Source: Oikopleura dioica
Lineage: Eukaryota > Animalia > Chordata
Reading direction: 5' to 3'
Assembly (NCBI GenBank): GCA_907165135.1
Contig: OU015567.1
Coordinates: forward strand, 5,518,001-5,582,000
Length of the DNA: 64,000 nt
Shown one piece after another: positions 61,001-64,000 of the stretch. The position numbers and the translations under genes are program-made. Under the pieces are notes generated by a model. It worked only from the letters and a program-made list of their open reading frames with translations, was not told the origin of the DNA and did no database searches. Numbering within the stretch: position 1 is the first letter of the stretch; the number at the start of each line of letters is the position of its first letter.

Positions 61001-61773
61001 TCACTCCAGCGGGTTGAATCTGTTGTAGTGGTTTTGAAGAAGCTGGTTCCATCGATTCATTCTCGTCACTTGGTACTTGTGCTTTCGCTGCCCGGCGCAC
61101 TTGTTGATGTATCTCTCCGCCCACTTGCGGTAGCCGGTCGTAATCTGTTTCACGCCAATTCTAGGGTTTTCTCGGTCGTATCGGTCTTCGTCGAAATCTG
61201 GGTCTGGTCCGCCGTGGGGAAGAGAAGGGTCGAAGAAGCCGCAGTTTTCTCGCTCAAAAGCTCGGAGCATTCGGCCGGCGTTTTTTCGAAACTTGCCGAT
61301 CCATTTTTCTTGCGAAGGGAGCTGGGGAAAGTGCTGGATGAGGATTTCTTCGGCGAATTGGTTCAATCGGTTCAAGCGTTGTTCGGGGGTTCGGGGAGGG
61401 ACCTAGAAAAAGGATAAAAAAGAGGGAAATATAACACTAAATTGTAGCCGGTTATCGATTTCTAAGAATTCTAGGAGAGAAAATTGAAGCCGCAAAGCGG
61501 CTTTTTTATTTTTTAAAGAAACTCATTTTTCAAAGTTGTTGACACCCTTAACAATTTTTCTTTTAGTAAATTAAAAAGCAGCTTTGATTTTGGAAAAAAG
61601 CCGCAAGCGGCTTTTATTTCGGAGAATTTTTTTTTAAAAGAAAGCTTGATTCGAAAATCCGCAAGCGGCTTTTTTTCAATATTTCTTTCCTTTCTTACCT
61701 TTCGATCGTTTTCAGCATGAGTGCTTTGAAGGGAGGCAAAAGCCGCGGGAATGAGAGAAAGAGAAAGTTTCAT
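61001..61773 (-). CDS. Small secreted protein (VPPR..QRLNRL family); exons 61773-61699, 61402-61001
   Basis: Signal MKLSLSLIPAAFA, phase-0 GT-AG intron, RYDRENP...KQITTGYRKWAERYINKC. Confidence 0.85.
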
Positions 61774-62664
61774 TTTTCAAAAGTTTTTTTTTGTTTGGCT
61801 TTTGTTTCTAGCTCTAGAGTATTTCTAGATCAGGTTTGATGATCAGCCGTTGATTTCGCCGCGTTTAAATACGACGAGATCGCGACGCGGAGCGAGGTGG
61901 CGCTAGCACGCGGCGCGCGAGTTTTCTTGATCATGCAAGCGGTTTTTGAGTTCTACAAGGAATTCGAAAATAGTTTTGTGGATGAAAATTGGGTAAACAT
62001 GGTCGGGGAAGAGTGAAGGAATTCTAGCTGTCGGTTTTTTGAACCCTTTTGTTTTATTAACAAAAGTTCATTTCAATTTCTGAATAAGCAAAGCGATTAA
62101 AATCTTCAAGAAGCCGCATGCGGCTTCGAATTTTGAACATAAAAGCCGCGCCTCACGCTGCTTTCAAACATCCAAATTTCTGGTGATTTTCTCTTTTTTA
62201 ATTATTTATCCAGTTTACTTGGGACTCGGGTCAAGATCAGCAAGCTTTTCCTCTCTTTCAAAACGGAACCTTCTTAAACTTCTTATCTCTCAAAAAAATA
62301 CCAGCCTCGATTGAGGACCTCTTCAGATTTCTTCGCGCTCAAGATCTTAGCCCCGGAAATTTTGGACATCGATGATGCTTTCATTTTTAATTACTGGACT
62401 TGACAAGCACTGTAAGTTACTCTACTTGCGACCTTTTTGAGGAGTTTCAAGTGTTTCGACCGAAATTTAACCCGAAGTTACACTTTTGCCAATTCTCTGG
62501 AAAAAGCGGTTTTCAAGCTGACCCGTCCCGAAATCGTAATTCCAAGTCGGAAGAAATTTCGATCAAATTATAAAATAACATTACGTGAGCTGAATTCGCT
62601 GACGCTAGAATTTTAGCATTTTTCGGCAGCGAGACGTTTCAATTTATTTATCAATAATTTTGGT

Positions 62665-64000
62665 TCAAGAAGAACTTTCCAAGTTTGAATTTGTCTTTTT
62701 GACTTCTGCTTCGGATTTGTTTCTCAGAAGATGAATGTTCTTAAATTTTTAATTTTAAAGCTGGGTGGTCTTATCTTCATTCCTACCTGTATGATTGTCG
62801 AGAAAACCAGAATCGCGAGAATGTAGTGGACCAAAGTGTAATCTCCTTTTAGCGGGCCCTAGAATTATTTTCTTAATTATGTATACAATATTAATTATAT
62901 TTTTTTATTTAATAATTATTTTTAAAAAATAAATTAATAAATTTAATTTATTTTTTCTTTTGTTTTAAATTAATTATTTTATTTTAAATTTTTTTATTAT
63001 CGAAAAATCATTTTTATTTTTGCAGCTAATTCTTATTTTTCCATTTGGAAGACTCTTATTTGAAATTTCTAAAAAGCACCTGAATGATTCGAAAAATCGG
63101 ATCAGCCAGAAGAGTCGCCAGACCATTGAGAAGATTCAAGAATCCATAAATCAGACCGAACAGATGATTTGGAAAGAGTAAAAACGCAGCTGAAACGATT
63201 GATTTTGACTCGAAGGCCGAAAAAGGGCCATTACTGGATCTAAAGCGCTGGGGCGAGTTATTACTATCATCAAAACCAAATTTCCTTGAGCACAAACAGC
63301 GTAGAGAAATGTTCGGATAATCGAGAAAATTACCTCCGCAGTGACTAAAAATCAAAATATTGTATTGTCCAGTCTAAAAAGAGGATCTTACTTGCGATGC
63401 TGACGCTGTTTTGAAAAGTGCAGAGGTAGGAGAGAATCACGGTCGAAATGGTGATGAGAAGACAGTTGATGGCGATGCCGACTCGTTGCCCTTTTTCGTG
63501 GTTGTTTTCTGAGTGGCGGTATTTTTTGGCGACGAAATCGACTATTGCTCCGGGAGCGGGCGATAACGGGACTTCAACAAGTTACGAATACTGTTCTTTT
63601 TGGCCTGAGCTCGGGAACCTGTGTGAAAAACCTGAGTCGGGGTTCGAAGAAAAATTTCGACATAATATCCGACAAATTTCGCGTGGAAATTTTCAACCAA
63701 TCAGAAGACAGAATTGGGCAAACCAACCAATCAGAAACCGAGTACCCGCCTACGCAAAATTTGTTGAATTTTTTTTGTCAGTTCCTATTTTAAGGACCTT
63801 GACTCAGATTTTTTCACAGGTTTTGACACTTATTCGCAACTTTTCCTGACATTATATACGTGAGTCCAAAAATATCCGTCAATAACGACTGAGTTTCCTT
63901 TTTCCGGGATCAAAAACGAAGTGAAAAAACCGCAACTCGGCGTTTTTCTTACCCTTGTCCTTGTCGTCCTTGAACATCCATTGGAGCGAAGGGTTAAACC
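62665..64000 (-). CDS. 3' part of an SLC43 (LAT3/LAT4)-like MFS transporter; continues beyond the window end
   Basis: TDIFGLTYIMS|VPLSPAPGAIVD, IIRTFLYAV, FPNHLFGLIYGFLNLLNGLATLLADPIF, GDYTLVHYILAILVFSTIIQ|NIHLL resemble the last TM helices of the SLC43 family (from recalled family motifs). Confidence 0.7.
63606..63822. mobile_element. Composite MITE: CCTGAGT-family termini around the CCAAT-box core, in a GA-AG intron
   Basis: CTGAGCTCGGGAACCTGTGTGAAAAACCTGAGTC ... GACTCAGATTTTTTCACAGGTT; core matches 58130-58212. Confidence 0.72.

Noticed and set aside
63980-64000. GGGTTAA piggyBac-like end
   Set aside because: Better explained as minus-strand coding sequence (FNPSLQWMFKDD) of the transporter; no partner TIR.
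1-64000. Autonomous transposase/RT, rRNA, SL RNA or 5S genes
   Set aside because: No DDE, RT or recognisable structural RNA sequence was seen by eye.

Overview
Compact animal genomic DNA, about 40% GC, with very short introns (about 35-100 nt) and several GA-AG/GC-AG introns. The gene content (connexin, Dlx, PGRP, myosin alkali light chain, expanded PLA2-like and secreted-protein families) points by inference to the larvacean tunicate Oikopleura dioica; this was not verified by any search. About 27 protein-coding loci were assembled by hand: two catalytically degenerate PLA2-like genes, LMF2, an ATF6-like bZIP, two claudin-like genes, two trypsins, a connexin, a C-type lectin, a Cys-rich/EGF protein, three tandem secreted paralogs plus a distant relative, a single-EGF precursor, an 11-kb coiled-coil gene with an inverted partial duplicate, a myosin light chain, Dlx, PGRP, a RING protein and the 3' part of an SLC43-like transporter. 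No autonomous transposon is present, but there are at least six families of non-autonomous TIR elements (MITEs), some nested. The main discovery is that in three unrelated genes an intron is essentially one MITE whose terminal repeat and/or target-site duplication supplies the splice sites and keeps the frame. These are introner-like intron gains by two distinct mechanisms: a built-in donor 9 nt inside a CAG-TIR, and a built-in acceptor from a CTG...CAG element. Exon boundaries are manual and need RNA-seq confirmation.
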